A stretch of DNA of 64,000 nt, taken from contig MU054323.1 of NCBI GenBank assembly GCA_013239625.1, forward strand, positions 10,819,186 to 10,883,185, written 5' to 3'. This document shows, one piece after another, positions 1 through 13,584 of this stretch. Both the position numbers and the translations under genes were made by a program. The stretch's first letter is position 1. Every line of letters starts with the position of its first letter. The notes under the pieces were generated by a model. It searched no databases. It saw nothing but the letters and a program-made list of their open reading frames with translations, and was not told where the DNA came from. The stretch comes from Lama guanicoe (lineage: Eukaryota).

Positions 1-223
1 CACAAGCTTCACGAAACCTCACAATCTCTACCTACCTCTCTTTTTTATTAAGTTCTAGATGCTTTCAAAGAAAAGACCCCAGAATAGTTAAATAATTGCA
101 GGAATTAACTGAACTGGTCTCCAGAACATTCTTAATTCAGAAGAACTAAAGGCCTTGTAAGTGCAAAGGATTTAAGAACAGAGCCAATCAGAGGATGAGC
201 TGACTGGTGAAAAGCTGTATGAT

Positions 224-394
224 AGAGGGTGGGAAGGGATAGACTGGGATTTCAAAATTGTAGAATAGATAAACAAGATTACACTGTATAGCACAGGGAA
301 ATATACACAAAATGATATGATAAATCACAGAGAAAAAAATGTGACAATGAGTGTGTATATGTCCATGAATGACTGAAAAAAAAAAAAGAAAAAA
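224..394 (+). mobile_element. Short young L1 3' UTR fragment with poly(A) tail and 15-bp TSD
   Basis: Closely similar to the L1 3' UTR at ~53467-53643. TSD GAAAAGCTGTATGAT at 209-223 and 395-409. Confidence 0.9.
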
Positions 395-2571
395 GAAAAG
401 CTGTATGATGTTAAGGATATCCTGTGATCCTTCCAAGCCTCAGTTTTCTCATCTGGTGAGGAGACAAAACATGTAGACAAACAGGTAATCAGTTAAGGTC
501 TCTTATAACTATATATTTCTATAAATTTCTTCTTCCTCATCTCTGCTTTAGATTTGTTCAAAACCATCTCTCCTCACTTTCAAGTTGGCTGACACATTTA
601 CTCAACAAAAACTAAGCAGTATAAGAGATGTACAGCATCTCTCCTTGGAAGAGCCCCAGGGGATTCCCAAAGGCTACTTTGGAATTTGCTTAGACTGTGT
701 GGGCTTCTCAGTTCACTATGTCCCCATCCATAATCCCACCAGGAATCTGGAGCATTACTGGTATCCACCCCAGGCTGTGGCTCTGGCCACTGTCTGTAAT
801 GTTTTATCAAGGCAACAACTAAGTGCTATGGGCTCCCATTTCAAACCAAGTATCATTTCTCATGTTAATGATAAAAAGTCAAGAATCCAATGGCTTACTT
901 TCAGATACCTCTTCTCTGAACTACTCCCAAAGATCATATCCAGAGCTAGGATGCCATTTGTAGGGGGCAGAGGGAGCAGCTGGAGGAAAGGTGTGCACTG
1001 GGATTCAGAGAGCTCCTGAAGTCAGCCCAGCACATGCCAAGGAAGCAACAGAAGCTAAAGCAGGACCAGAACCCTGGCATTTGGCATGTACAGGCCCTTG
1101 GAAAGAAAAACCCCATGATAATGTTGGGAGACAGTAATAACAACTGTGTTCAAGGATTGGTTCCAGGTCAGACAGGAGTTACAGGGCCAATTAAAATCAG
1201 TGGCGCAAACCAAGATGCTAAAAATCTGCCCAGAGACAGAATCCAGAAGGTGCCCAGAGCCAAACTCTAGGGAGAGAATTCAGCATCAGGAGTCAAAGCA
1301 ATATCTTAATGGAAGCCCGACAGGAAGAAGCAGATGCCTCCCAGTGGCTGCATCTTGAGCAGAGCAGCAGCCAACAGAGCTGGAGTTACACTTCTTGGGC
1401 ATCTGTGATATGGAAATGCCACCAGAACAATCAGAACCCCATTGTTTCCTCACCACCCAGGTCACAGCTGCCTGAGAAGCACTTCCACTCTGCAATGGGC
1501 CTCAAAAATAGGACCCTTTAATGTCCTCAACAAGGTGATGGCCTATGGCTAATAAAGTAGCTATTTCCCCATGTGTCATGGGAACCTGGTTTGTTCTGGA
1601 AGCTCTCTCTTGCAGCATAGCCCATATTTGGCAGCAGAGAGACAGGGGTTCCAAAAAGGGGCATTCTTACAATGACCTCCCCAACTGTGAATAGAAACTG
1701 CTCTGCTCTCAAAGCATCCACTAACTACCGACCAAATCTACTGATGCAAACAGATGTATGTACAAATCCTCCTGTGCCACTGCCCCAGGATTTGTGCATC
1801 CCAAAATGCTTGTTGGTGTGATTGTCTTTGTGGCTTTAAAAATTGTAAACATTATACGATTTTTTTCTCATTTATGAATTCCTTCACTGGTCCCCACCTG
1901 ACCTTGACCACCCAGAACCAAGCAACACTTGACATCTCTCAACTGAAGCCCAGTACAAAAAATGCTCTGTTGGTGTGACAAAGGCTGACATACTTGAAAG
2001 GAACTTTGGCAAGGACAAGCTGAATCCAAAGGGACTAAGTGAAATATCAGACACATCAGATCAGACATTTCCCTCTCTCTTGAGACGAACTCAGAAATTG
2101 ATAAGAAAATTCAGATGTGACAGTAAGGGACACTGCTGAAGCCCTTACCTAGAATGCTTAACATATCATGCACAGGACCTCTTGGTCCACATGTATCCAG
2201 AGAAAGCACTGTTTATACTACTCAAGCACACTTCAGAGATTTTGTCTCCATGTTACCAATGTCTTTTCTCAACATACCAGGAAGAGAGGTGAAAACCAGG
2301 CATGATATAGGTTTCCACGTGAGGAAACTGAGATACATGCGAGGAAATCATTTCAGAAAATCCTATAAGAAGCCAACGGAGAGGCCAAGAGTGGATTCCG
2401 GACTTGCATACGGTAATTCTTGTATCAGAGGAGACTTCATAAATGATATTGGAGTTTGCACAGATACAAACACCATGGACTTAACTACAAAGATCTACTT
2501 TGACTCCTAGTTCTGTTCTTCCTCTGCCATCAGATCAAACTCCTTAGAAGTCCTCACCTATAGTCAGTCTT

Positions 2572-3320
2572 GATCACTCTGGCTGCACATCAGAGTCACC
2601 TGAGAAGCTTTTAAAAATATATTACAGTTTCTCAAAAAGTTAAACATGGAATTATTACATGATCCAGCAACTCCACTTCTGGATTTATATCCCAAAAAAA
2701 CTGAAAGCAGGGGCTCAAACAGATACCTGCATGCCAATGTGCATAGCAGCATAATTCACTATTGCCAAAAGGTGGAAACAATCCAAATGTCTATCAACAG
2801 ATGAATGAATAAATAAAATGTGGTATGTATGTACAATGTAATATTATTCAGTCCTAAAGGGAATGAAATTCTGACACATGCTACAACATGGATGAATCTT
2901 GAAAACATTAAGCTAAGTGAAATAAGCTATACACAAAATGACAAATATTACATGATTTCATTTATACAAAGCACCTAGAAAAAGTGAATTCATAGAGACA
3001 GAAAGTAGAACAGATGTAACCATGGTTTGGAGGGAGTGAAGAATGGGGAGTTATTGTCAAATGGGTACAGAGTTTCTGTTTGGGTAATGAACAAGTTCTA
3101 GAAATAATGGTTTTGGTTACACAATATCCTGAATGCGTTTAATGTCAATGTACGGTTAAAATGTTGAATTTTATGTTATGTATATTTATCACAATAAGAA
3201 ATACATAAAAATTTAGTAAGAACAAAATATTTTTAAAAAATCATATCTGTGCTCAAATCTCACTTAAAACCAATTTAATTAGAATCTCTTGGGTGTGGCT
3301 CATGTGTTTTTAAATATCTG
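2572..3320. mobile_element. MER5-type hAT-Charlie MITE split by the L1 (parts ~2572-2613 and ~3235-3320)
   Basis: GGCTGCACATCAGAGTCACCTGAGAAGCTTTTAAAAAT before the L1 and CCAATTTAATTAGAATCTCTTGGGTGTGG after it. Confidence 0.55.
2614..3230 (+). mobile_element. Older L1 3' end (L1MA/L1MB-like), inserted into a MER5-type element
   Basis: ORF2 C-terminal motifs (GATCCAGCAACTCCACTTCTGG, ATGAATGAATAAATAAAATGTGG) followed by a 3' UTR and an A-rich end. Confidence 0.85.
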
Positions 3321-3488
3321 ACCACCCACTCAGCCTTTTGTCCACCCATTTTTGCCTTTTCCCCTAGATATATGAATGAACATTAATCTAATGCTTTGCA
3401 TGTTTTAAACAGTATGCTAAGAGCTAGAAATGAGCATCTGAGCAAGGAAAGTTAACAACATGATGAGGAAGTTAACAACGTGATGAGG

Positions 3489-3965
3489 TGGATGCAGTGA
3501 CTTTTAAAAGTTCACAAATTCTTACATATGCCTTTCTTAGAGTACCAGGTAGACCTCAGGACTGGCCTCCAACTAACAGAAAAAGCCCTGCCGCTTCTAC
3601 CTTGCTCCCTCCCTCTTCAGTCACTCATGCTGGAGGAACTGTCATTGTGACATGTAGAGCCAGAATTTCCCTCACCCTAATCCCTGGTCCTGGTGAGGAC
3701 ACTCCAGCAGCCCTGTGGAGAGGCCCTCAGGATGAGGAACTGAAGCCCCCTGCCAAGAGCCACATGAGTGAGCCATCTTGGAAGCCAGTCTTCCAGCCCT
3801 GGTCCAGCTTTGAGGTGACTTCAGCCCTGACCAACAGCTGACTGCAAACTCAGGAGAGACTCTGAGACCCAGCTAAGCCATTTCTGAAATCCTGGCCCTT
3901 AGAAACTCTAAGATAATAAATGTTTGCTGCTTTAAGCTGCTGCTAAAATTCAGAATAATGTGCCA
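3489..3965 (+). mobile_element. MaLR solo LTR (MLT1F/G-like)
   Basis: CCCTGTGGAGAGGCCC...GAGGAACTGA...GCCATCTTGGAAG...AGATAATAAATGTTTGCTGCTTTAAGCTGC. Confidence 0.75.
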
Positions 3966-4514
3966 TCTAGAAAAACCTGTATTCAAGCAAACACTGGAGT
4001 TGAACTAGATTTTCCAGATTGAAAGTGACCTGAAAGGCCATCAAATCTAACTACACATCCCCTTTATTCCCAAGTGCCTGCTGCATTCCTGACTTTAGTT
4101 TCTCCTCCTGGACCTCATCTGTCTGCTTGACTTCAAGGCGATTCATTCAGCAAATATTTATTGAGTGAGTATTCCTTTGCCAGGTATGAAGGTTAAAGGG
4201 TTGAAGCAAACAAAGATACCACACCTAAGTGTAATGCCTTGATTCCAGATTCTCTCTGCTTTAATAGCCTCACAGTATCCACAACAAAAATCAGTCTCCA
4301 AACCCCATCCTACAGAAGGGAGCTCAAAGCAAACCCAATCCAGTGCATCTGCACCATAAGTGAGTAAACTGAAGTCCAATGAAGTAATTTGCTCAAAGAT
4401 CAGTGTTCCCTTTGATCCCTGTGGAGTCATACTTACATATCAGAAATAAATATGTAACTTTTTATTTGCTTGTTTTTAAGCTAAAGATCGAGGCAGATAT
4501 GAACCAAAATACAC

Positions 4515-4866
4515 TCCCACCTCTGAACTTTGTGCTTGCTGTTCCCTCCGCGTGGAGATCTTTCCTCCAGGCATGCTCTAGCTCCATCTTCCACGTCATT
4601 CCCACTCCTACTCTAACATCACTTGTCACAGAGCCTGCCTTGCGCATTCTATGTAAATGAGCATCACTATCACTGTACACCCCCTTCCCAGGCTCCATTT
4701 CCCCCCTAACTTTTATTGCCCCTGATATGCTATATATTTCTTGTCCGCTCTCCCCTTGAGAATATATTATAAACACCATGAGAGCAGGAACTTTTTTCCA
4801 TTTTGTTCACTGCTATATTCCTATTGCCTAGAATGGTGCTTGGCACACAGTAGGTATTAAATAAAC
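4515..4866 (+). mobile_element. L2 3' end
   Basis: CTTTGTGCTTGCTGTTCCCTC...GAGAGCAGGAAC...TTTTGTTCACTGCTATATTCC...TGGCACACAGTAGGTATTAAATAAA. Confidence 0.8.
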
Positions 4867-7831
4867 AGTCTCCCATGTGTTCATTTGTTACTTTGTTCTG
4901 TGAATAAGTTAGTTATTTCCTGAGGCTCTAAGTCCACTATCGATTTAACTGGTTCAAAATTTCACGGAATGCAGAGGCAAATTATGAGCAAGACCCCCAC
5001 TTTGCCAATCCTCCCACACAGAGGCTCTACTCATCTGCAATTTGGGAACCAGGCCTTCAGGGCAGGACAGCTTTTCCTTGTGGTTGCCCCTGGCTCAGTA
5101 GAACGCAGCAGACTGCCCAGGAGGCTGCCATTCCCCGAGGCATGACTGGCTGCCATATGGCTCCCAGGAAGCAGAGGCAAGGACAACCCTCTTCTCTCTA
5201 CCAGCACCAGTACACTGGTCTCCTTCCAAGACCCACAGGAGAGACATGACCACTGCATCAGAGGGCAGGGGCCCACTTGCTTACTGCAGTCCATAGTGGT
5301 GATTATCCCTTCCATCTCAACGTGGAAGACAAACTGAAGAGAGTATTGTTTGGTTAAAATGGTTTTTCTGCTGTTGCACAGAATAAAAGGCTGTCTCTTT
5401 CATTTTGTTGGATTGTAGGATAAATCAAGAACACAGATTTTTGTTTACGAAGAAATCACCTGTTTACCATTTTTAAAGGAACTTGATTGCCTCTGAGAAA
5501 CATTTAGTGTGTAGACACAGTATTCCACCCCCTGAGGAGTGCAGGAGACTCAGAAACTAGAGAAAAGAGAAAGAAGAAAGTTTTGGATCTTTATGGAAAT
5601 TAGGTCTCTGGGAGATTGAGTGATAGTAACAGAAATCATTGTAAGCCAAGCCTCGTGTTAAGTGCACATCCACTGCATCTACTGTCCTCATACATCCCTG
5701 TGATTATCCATAGTTTACAGATTAAGAAACAGAAGCTCGGTGGTCACGTGATTTGCCTGAGCTCCAACAGCTGGTAAACCATCAATTCCAGATTTAATTG
5801 CAAGCCTCAGTTTTGTTCTCTGGCAAATATGCCGCACAGTCCTGCTGGGGCATTTTCTAATACCACTTTACCCAGCTCAGATCTGGATGTCACCAGTAGG
5901 CCCAGGTCACTACTGGGGTCTTGGAATTTTCAGTCCACCCTGGAGAATGAAGCAGTTGCTAATCACTATGATGAAAGAACTCCCTTGCCATAGCATGAGG
6001 GACACAAAGATAATTTCAAAATAGGGGAGCTGGACCAGCACATGGCACCAAGCCCAGCAGAAGACTGGGCTGAAGTGTTGGGGGGCATTACAGGTGGCAA
6101 GTGTGTGGGATATAGGGTCACTGGGTCTATGAGGAAAGTGGCATCAGGAGACGTCAGCCAGGAATCAAGAAGTCAAAAAGTTAAGGCTGGATGGAGCAGG
6201 GAGAGAGGCCAGGGCTAGGAGCTGCCCAGGAGCACAGCAGGCTGGCTGGGCAGAGCCTAGGCCAAGGGGCCAATCAGTGAGTAGGCAAGAAACAGCACTG
6301 ATGCTGAGGAATGTCACCCTGGTGGGCCCTGTGCCCCCAGGGAAGCCAATCCCATCCAGCATCCTTTGCCAACAATGACTCCAGAACTATGAGTTCCTTT
6401 GCACTCAGTGACTGGGGCACTCAGCTTTCCCATGCATAATCCTGAAGGGCTACTGTCCACAGGTAGCCTGGGCCTACATAGCAGCACCAGGACACACAGA
6501 TTTGACCCCGTGGACAAGAATCCCTCCTCCAATCAATTCTCCTGGATTCTGAGAGCATCTAGCCTGGAAAACTTCCAATCTTTAAACAAAGCAGCTTAAG
6601 GAAACACTTTTATTTTCAATCAGTGCTTCTCAAAGAGCCAGTCCCTGAAAAAATAAGGAGTGTACACCAAGCATGCTGCAACACACTGCATCCTCCTTCA
6701 AGAAGGTCTTGCAATGAAAAAAACATCAGCTGAACTAACCTGCAAACTCAGTGATGAAGATGATTTACACTCTGGTGCAATATCCTTACCTCATCAATGA
6801 CTGGCAATGGTGTGTGACCAGCCAGCCTGTTTTAAACTTTTCTGCTCCAGCTCCTTGGTCTAATGCCCTCCCCTCCCAAACCAATGCTGTAGTGCCACTT
6901 GTGTCCTAGGAGACTGACAAGTGGGAAGTTCGGGTGTTGAGGACAACGGTCTATTCATCTTGAATAGATGAAAGATGGGGTGGCTGTAATACATCAGTTT
7001 ATTCTTTTCTTTTGCTCTCAAAAGCAACAACATTATTGTTCCTTGAAAACAAAGACAACATGCCCACGATAGGAATCAGAAGAGGAAGGAATAATGTCAG
7101 GCCAAACTCGGGAAGTAATTTCTCTTTCCTTAGGTAAGAAGCAGCCAGTAAGTTTCTTGTAAATTTGGTAACTAACAAGGCTGAAACTTCATGGGGTGAA
7201 TTTGTCAGAGAGAAGAAAGGTTGAATTATTTCAAAGGGACGAATTATTACTTCATAGTCATCTGATGCTAATTCAACTCTTTATCACCTGCGATTATTTT
7301 CTCTGACTGCCAATGTGCCGTGGCAGATTTAAAGTAGATCTAAGAAACCCGTCCTACTGATTTCCTCTGCATCTGTTAAAAGCTGGGTGTTGTCAGGAAA
7401 GAGATCAGGGAAGTACTGCCTTTTTTGAAGACCCATCCTTGGAGAGATGTCAGCCTCATTAATGACAAGGCCATTTTGTCATCTCAGAGAGAATCTCCCC
7501 TGGCTGCCTTGGGGAGATTCCTCTCCATTCCTCTCCATTCTGCTCCACGTCTTTGCCGCCTGTCAGGTTCTACCTCGGTTGGGTTGTGGTCACTTGGAAT
7601 TAGCTGCCAAGTCAGAAGAATCAACCGAGGAGACTGAAATGGCCCCAGAAGGAGGGTGTGCCAATCTAATCTGGAAAGGAAGCAGCAGCTTAGGGTTTGT
7701 CAGAGCCCTTCACTGACTTGCAGAATAATCTCGGGCAATTGTTCTTAAATACTGGGGGTCATGTATCCTGCTGAAATTTGATGAAAACTATGGACCCTCT
7801 TCTCAACAACAAAAAAGGGTGTCCATAAGTG

Positions 7832-7873
<42 letters not shown>
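7832..7873. repeat. Compound (TC)n(CA)n microsatellite inside a degenerate hAT-Charlie-type MITE (~7738-7915)
   Basis: Repeat read directly. The flank TGATGAAAACTATGGACCCTCTTCTC resembles ancient Charlie-type MITEs. Confidence 0.85.
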
Positions 7874-9769
7874 GGATTCCCCAGTCCACTCATGGAACAC
7901 AGCTTAAAAGCCACTGACTTAGGAGCTCTCCCCACCCCAAGACCTCCCTAGGCATCTCCTTTCCTCTATTATAGATCCCTGGGGACCTATGGAGACATGG
8001 ATTTGGGTTTCAACACTGAAAGAATAACCTAAGTGGGTTTATTATGAAGGTATATGCCTCAGAGGGAGGAGACCAGGTTTTAATTCTTCCCTTACCTAAT
8101 CGCTTGGATGTAGGAAAGCTGTATTTTTTCTAGTTCCCTCCATTTTAAAAATGAGGGTGATGAACAACTTCTTCAAGGAGTCTTAAGGATTCTATGGAGC
8201 AACCAGGTGGCTATAACAAGGGCAAGATGGAGGTGGGGTGAGCAGGGCTTTGTGGGCACTCTCATCCCTCCCCTTCAAGTAGAGCAGCTCTTCCAGACTT
8301 AAGAAGTTTGAAAGTCTCTTGATTAGAGGATCTCTAACGTCTCTTCCAGGGTTACCTAGCTAGGATTCTAGGTCTGGCCAGGACAGAGAGCTAAGCCAAG
8401 GATGGATGGCTCAGAAGAGGACTCACTGGGATTTGCGTACCACAGGTCTTGCCTCTTACCCCCTTCTAACCTCAGAGACCACTGATTCAAGCCAGGGGCA
8501 CCCAGCATGAGATGCAAATTACATAGAAGAGAGCAAGAAAGAAAGACTTTGCTGGGTTAAAGGGAGCCTTTATGCAGACTTCTCAGCGCTCACTTGCAAT
8601 CCCTCCAGCTTCAGGGAGCTGAGCCTTGCAAAGTTGCAGGGGCATCACGTGAATGCTGAGAGAAACAGCAGGCTGCTCCTGACCCATTCAGTGTCGAGCT
8701 GTGTTACTGGTATTGTTCTGCTAACTTGCTAAATAGCTATAATTAAAACAGGGCTATTATCATTAATTATGATCTTCCCTCTTCTGACTGGCAGATTGGT
8801 GCTTTTACCAAGTTTCAAAGAGCAGCATTTCTGTATGTTATAGGAAGCAAGGGAGATAGATGGGGCTGAATTGTTCTGACTCTGGAGCAAAGGGCACAGT
8901 GGCACTGTCGGGCACAGAAAACTTTTATGCCCATGGGGCGGGCTCCCCTGCCAGCTCATTCAGACACAAAGGGTTGCTGGCTGTCTCCCTGACTACTCCA
9001 TGTGCTGTTACTAGTTGAGAATTGCAGTCTATACAAAGTAACATGATGGCACTAGAAGAATGCATGATATTCCACAGGAAAGAATGAGGTGAAAACTCTG
9101 TCTGACTTAAGGCTCAGCTGAAATGCCACTTCCTCTGTGAAACTTTTCCTAATTTCTCACCCTTCACTTCCCCTTCCCTTTCTCTAGGTCAAAAGGAAGC
9201 TCTCTCATCATTATCTCCATTGAATGTACTCCTCCCCTTTCCCTGGTCTTAAATCTCAAATTCTCTATAATTTCTACCACCAACAAAATGGAGGGAGAAA
9301 CTAGAGACTCCTAAATCCAGTGAGTCCCAGCGGTGGGTCATGCCCTTTTGTAAAGTTCTGCCCTCCTTTCAAGAAAGGAATCTGGTAAAGACCCCAACCA
9401 CATCACAGTCCCCACCAATTTGTCCATCTGCAAACAGGGACACTTTTTGAGGTTGTCTAAATAAACATAAACATTTCCAAGTTTGCCATTAAATGCAAAA
9501 GTTTATGAAGGATTATCAATATGAGAGCCTTGGTGTCCCCTCATAGCAAACCTTCCTTAAGGAAGAACACCTTCCAGAACTGGTTATCAGATCTGAAAAT
9601 GTTAAAATTGGGAGAATAAAAGCATACAGCAAGAAAGCAAGTGACAAATTGCAAATAGGTCAAAGAGAAACTTCATTTATTTATAAAAATTAGAAAATAC
9701 CAAGTAGGTTTCACCTCATCTGTGGAACAGACATGAGGTATCCAAGGGGCTATTTATGTTTTCCTAATA

Positions 9770-9941
9770 CTAGAGTTCCCTTTACAGAATGCTCAGTCAC
9801 ATTTGAATTTCAGATAAAGAAAAAATAAATTTTCAGCACATGCTAAAATGTTGCATCCCAGATATTGCATGGAACTTCTTTATCTGAAACTCAAATGCAA
9901 CTGGGCATCCTGTATTTTTATTTGCTGAATCTGGCAATTCC
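9770..9941. mobile_element. MER53-like palindromic hAT MITE
   Basis: Inverted arms ATTTGAATTTCAGATAAAG and CTTTATCTGAAACTCAAAT; end CTGGGCATCCTGTATTTTTATTTGCTGAATCTGGCAA. Confidence 0.8.
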
Positions 9942-10904
9942 AACTAATATCCAAACACTTCCTTGATCATAAATGGAAAAACAAGTAAGCTTACTGTTGA
10001 TATTGACAGGGAATTTTGAGAAGGAGGAGGAGCAGCAGCAGCATTAAAGAATTCCTTACTTCTCTGTTAGGAAGGTCAATAGGATGGGGACCCCACCCAT
10101 TCTCCCACCTCCCCCCACCACACACACATAATGCAAAGCCTTGACTAACTCCAGCTACTGAGGTCTGTTTACCATTTCCCAATCTCTCTGGCCTCTTCCT
10201 TACTTGAGACCTTTGCTTTAAGCTTAAGTATTTCACTGCTTGAATCTCTATCTGCCCCCATCTCTGTCTGATGAAATCTGTCAAGGCCTGTCTTAGGCCA
10301 GCTTCTCTAAAAAACCTTCTCAGCCTTCCCAGACTGTCTATCTTCTGGCCTCTGCCCAGTGATATTCATTAGTACATGATGAGGAAGTTCTGAGGGGGTG
10401 CTGAGTCTCTTTCTTCACTGTACCCCTCCAACAGTGTTAGCACTGCACCAAGCACACAGCAGCACCAGGTAGAAGATGTTGAATGAAATGCATTTCTCTC
10501 CTAAGAGATGAATACAAAGATGCTCCAACTCAATGGGATAAAAACTAGGCTCAGGTCTACTTACTCCTTTAAGACAGACAGAGGTTTCTCTTAGGCCAAA
10601 TAATTACATTTGAGCCTGTTGCCAAAGAACAATTCATCACAGGTGTGCAACACCCTGTGTCCAATGCCTCTTTGGTCGCCTGCATCTTGATCTTTGTTGG
10701 CCCTTCCACCAGAGACTAGATATAGAAAAATATGAAAATCAAAACACTGGCTGAAGTACCAACCATGTCCATTTTCTCCCAGGAGGGAAGAGAAGGAAGG
10801 AAGAGTACCCTGAGCTTACAGTACCTTGTCTGGCCTGAGGGCAAATGCACCTCAACCATGTGCCATCAAGGGAAATTCAAATCAGAGAGACCTATATTTA
10901 ACTT

Positions 10905-11088
10905 TGGGGTAGTTTACCTTGAGTACGTTAATCTATTATGCTTCAGTTCCATCATTTATAACATAGGAATAATTAGACCGCACTCATAGGGTTGTTATGT
11001 AGAGTAGCTGATATAACACAGTAAAGCACTTAACTCAAAGCTTGGCAGTGTAGACATTTAATAGATGTCAGTTTTCAAATTCTTATTA
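10905..11088 (+). mobile_element. MIR SINE
   Basis: Core TGCTTCAGTTCCATCATTTATAACATAGGAATAAT...CTCATAGGGTTGTTATG...GTAAAGCACTT. Confidence 0.7.
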
Positions 11089-11284
11089 TAAGACTTGCGA
11101 TGGTTTATGCAGTATAGATGAGAAGAGAAAGACTGAAAGAAGAGCATTCCCACTTGAAATCAGGAACATCTTAACCCACCCTAGCATTTGACATTTCTCT
11201 CTATCCCTCCCTGAGTGATTTACTGTTATTTTGTCTAGTGATTCTCAGAATTTTATTGGGCATATAGTTCATCTGGTATAGACA

Positions 11285-13457
11285 CATTATAGGTAACAAA
11301 TTACCACAAAAATGTAGTGGCTTAATACAACAACCATTTTATTATATCTCATGAATTCTGTGGTTTAGAAATTCAGGGAAGGCTTAGCTTAGGTGATTCT
11401 TCTGCTCTCTGTGGCCCAACTAGAGTTGCTTGGTGTTATTCAGCGGGCAGGTGGGCTTGTATGGAGGGCCCATGATGGCATCACTCATATGTCTTGCACT
11501 TTAACAAGGGTGGCTGCAAGACTAGGCTTAGTGGAGACAGATTACCAAAATGCCCTGATGACTATCTGAGGGTGCTCAGATTTCTTACGAGGTAGCTAGT
11601 TTCTCCCACAGTGAGCATCTCAAGAGAATCAGGAGAAAACTACGTGGTCATTTTTGCTAGGACAAACAATCCTAAAATTTATATGGACTCAGAGAAGACC
11701 CAGAACTGCCAAAGCAACATTGAAGAAAAAGAACAAAGCTGGAGGAATAACCCACCCAGACTTTAGACAATACTCCAGAGCTACAATAATTTAAGCAGCA
11801 TGGTATTGGCACAAAAATAGACATATGGCTTAATGGAACAGAATACAGAGCCCAGAAATAAACCCACACACCTATGGTCAATTAATCTTTGACAAAGGAG
11901 ACAAGAATACACAATGAAGAAAAGACAGTCTCTTCAGCAAGTGGTGTTGGGAAAACTGGATAGCAGCATGCAAATCAATGAACTTAGAACACTCCCTCAC
12001 ACCACACACAAAAATAAACTCAAAATGGCTTAAAGACTTAAATATAAGACAAGATACAATAAACCTCCTAGGAGAAAACATAGACAAAACATTCTCTAAC
12101 ATAAATCTTAGCAATGTTCTCCTAGGGCAGTCTACCCAGGAAAAAAAAAAATAAGAGCAAAAATAAACAAATGTGACCTAATTAAAATTAGAAGCTTTTG
12201 CACAGCAAAAGAAGCCATAAATAAAACAAAACAACAACCTACAAAATGGGAGAAAATATTTGCAAATGATGTGACCGACAAAGGCTTAATTTCCAGAATA
12301 TATAAACAGCTCATACAATTTAATAAGAAAAAAACAAACAACCCAATCCAAAAACGGGCAGAAGACCTAAACAAGCAATTCTCCAATGAAGATATACAAA
12401 TGGCCAACAGGCACATGAAAAAATACTCAGTATCACTAATTACCAGAGAAATGCAAATCAAAACTACAATGAGGTATCAACTCACACCAGTCAGAAATGA
12501 CCATCACTCAAAAGTCCATGAATGATAAATGCTGGAGAGGATGTAGAGAAAAGGGAACCCTCCTAACACTGTTGGTGGGAATGTAGTTTGGTGCAGCCAT
12601 TATGGAAATCAGTATGGAGATTCCTCAAAAAACTAAAAATAGACTTAACATATGATCCAGCAATCCCACTTCTGGGTATATATCTGGAGGGAGCTCTAAT
12701 TCGAAAAGATACATGCACCCCAATGTTCATAGCAACACTGTATACAATAGCCAAGACATGGAAACAACCTAAATGTCCATGGACAGATGACTGGATAAAG
12801 AAGTTATGGTATATATATATATAAAAATACTACTCAGCCATTAAAAAGAATAAAATAATGCCATTTGCAGTAACAAGGATGGACCTAGAGATAATCATTC
12901 TAAGTGAAGTAAGCCAGAAAGAGAAAGAAAAATACCATATGATATCACTCATATGTGGAATCTAAAAAAAAAAAAGATGTGAATTCATCTACAAAACAGA
13001 AACAGACTCTCAGACATAGTAAATAATCTTATGGTTACCAGGGAAAGGGGGTGGGAAGGGATAAATTTGGGAGTTTGAGATTTGCAAATGTCAGTCACTA
13101 TACATAAAAATAGATTTTAAAAAAGTTTCTTCTGTATAGTACAGGGAACCACGTTCAATATGTTCTAATAACCTTTAATGAAAAAGAACCTGAAAATGAA
13201 TATATGTATGTATATGCATGACTGGGACACTGTGCTGTACGCTAGAAACTGACACATTGTAACTGGCTGTACTTCGGTAAAAAAATTTTTTAAAAACTAC
13301 ATGGCCATTTCTGACCTACTCTCAGAAAGTCATACAGGGTTACTTCTGCAATAAATAACTATTGGTGAAAATTGTCACAAACCTGCCCAGATTCAAGGAG
13401 AGTGGACATAGCCTCCCCACCTCTCAAGATTTGGGACCCAATTTTTAAATTGCTACC
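11285..13457 (-). mobile_element. MaLR solo LTR (MLT1F-H-like), split by the L1 at 11656-13292
   Basis: GTAACAAATTACCACAAAAATGTAGTGGCTTAATACAACAACCATTTTATTA at 11293. The LTR resumes after the TSD with CTGACCTACTCTCAGAAAGTCA...CTGCCCAGATTCAAGGAGAGTGGACATAG. Confidence 0.75.
11656..13292 (+). mobile_element. 5'-truncated lineage-specific L1 (ORF2 C-terminus plus 3' UTR) with 18-bp TSD
   Basis: ORF2-like peptides ([27 protein letters not shown]). TSD AAAACTACGTGGTCATTT at 11636-11653 and AAAACTACATGGCCATTT at 13293-13310. Confidence 0.95.
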
Positions 13458-13584
13458 TTGAGAATCCTATTAAAATGCAGATTCTGGTTCAGCAAGGTAG
13501 AGGGGGAGACCTGGGATTCTGAATTTTTAACAATTTCCCAAATGATGCTGAGACTGTCGCTCCATAGATTATATTTTGAATAGA
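13458..13584. mobile_element. MER5A-type MITE fragment
   Basis: TTAAAATGCAGATTCTGGTTCAGCAAGGT...CCTGGGATTCTGAATTTTTAACAATTTCCCAAATGATGCTGA. Confidence 0.75.

Noticed and set aside
585..1270. 144-aa and 78-aa ORFs near the window start
   Set aside because: The 144-aa ORF starts at TTG. Neither has a recognisable domain, and both are of chance length in intronic DNA.
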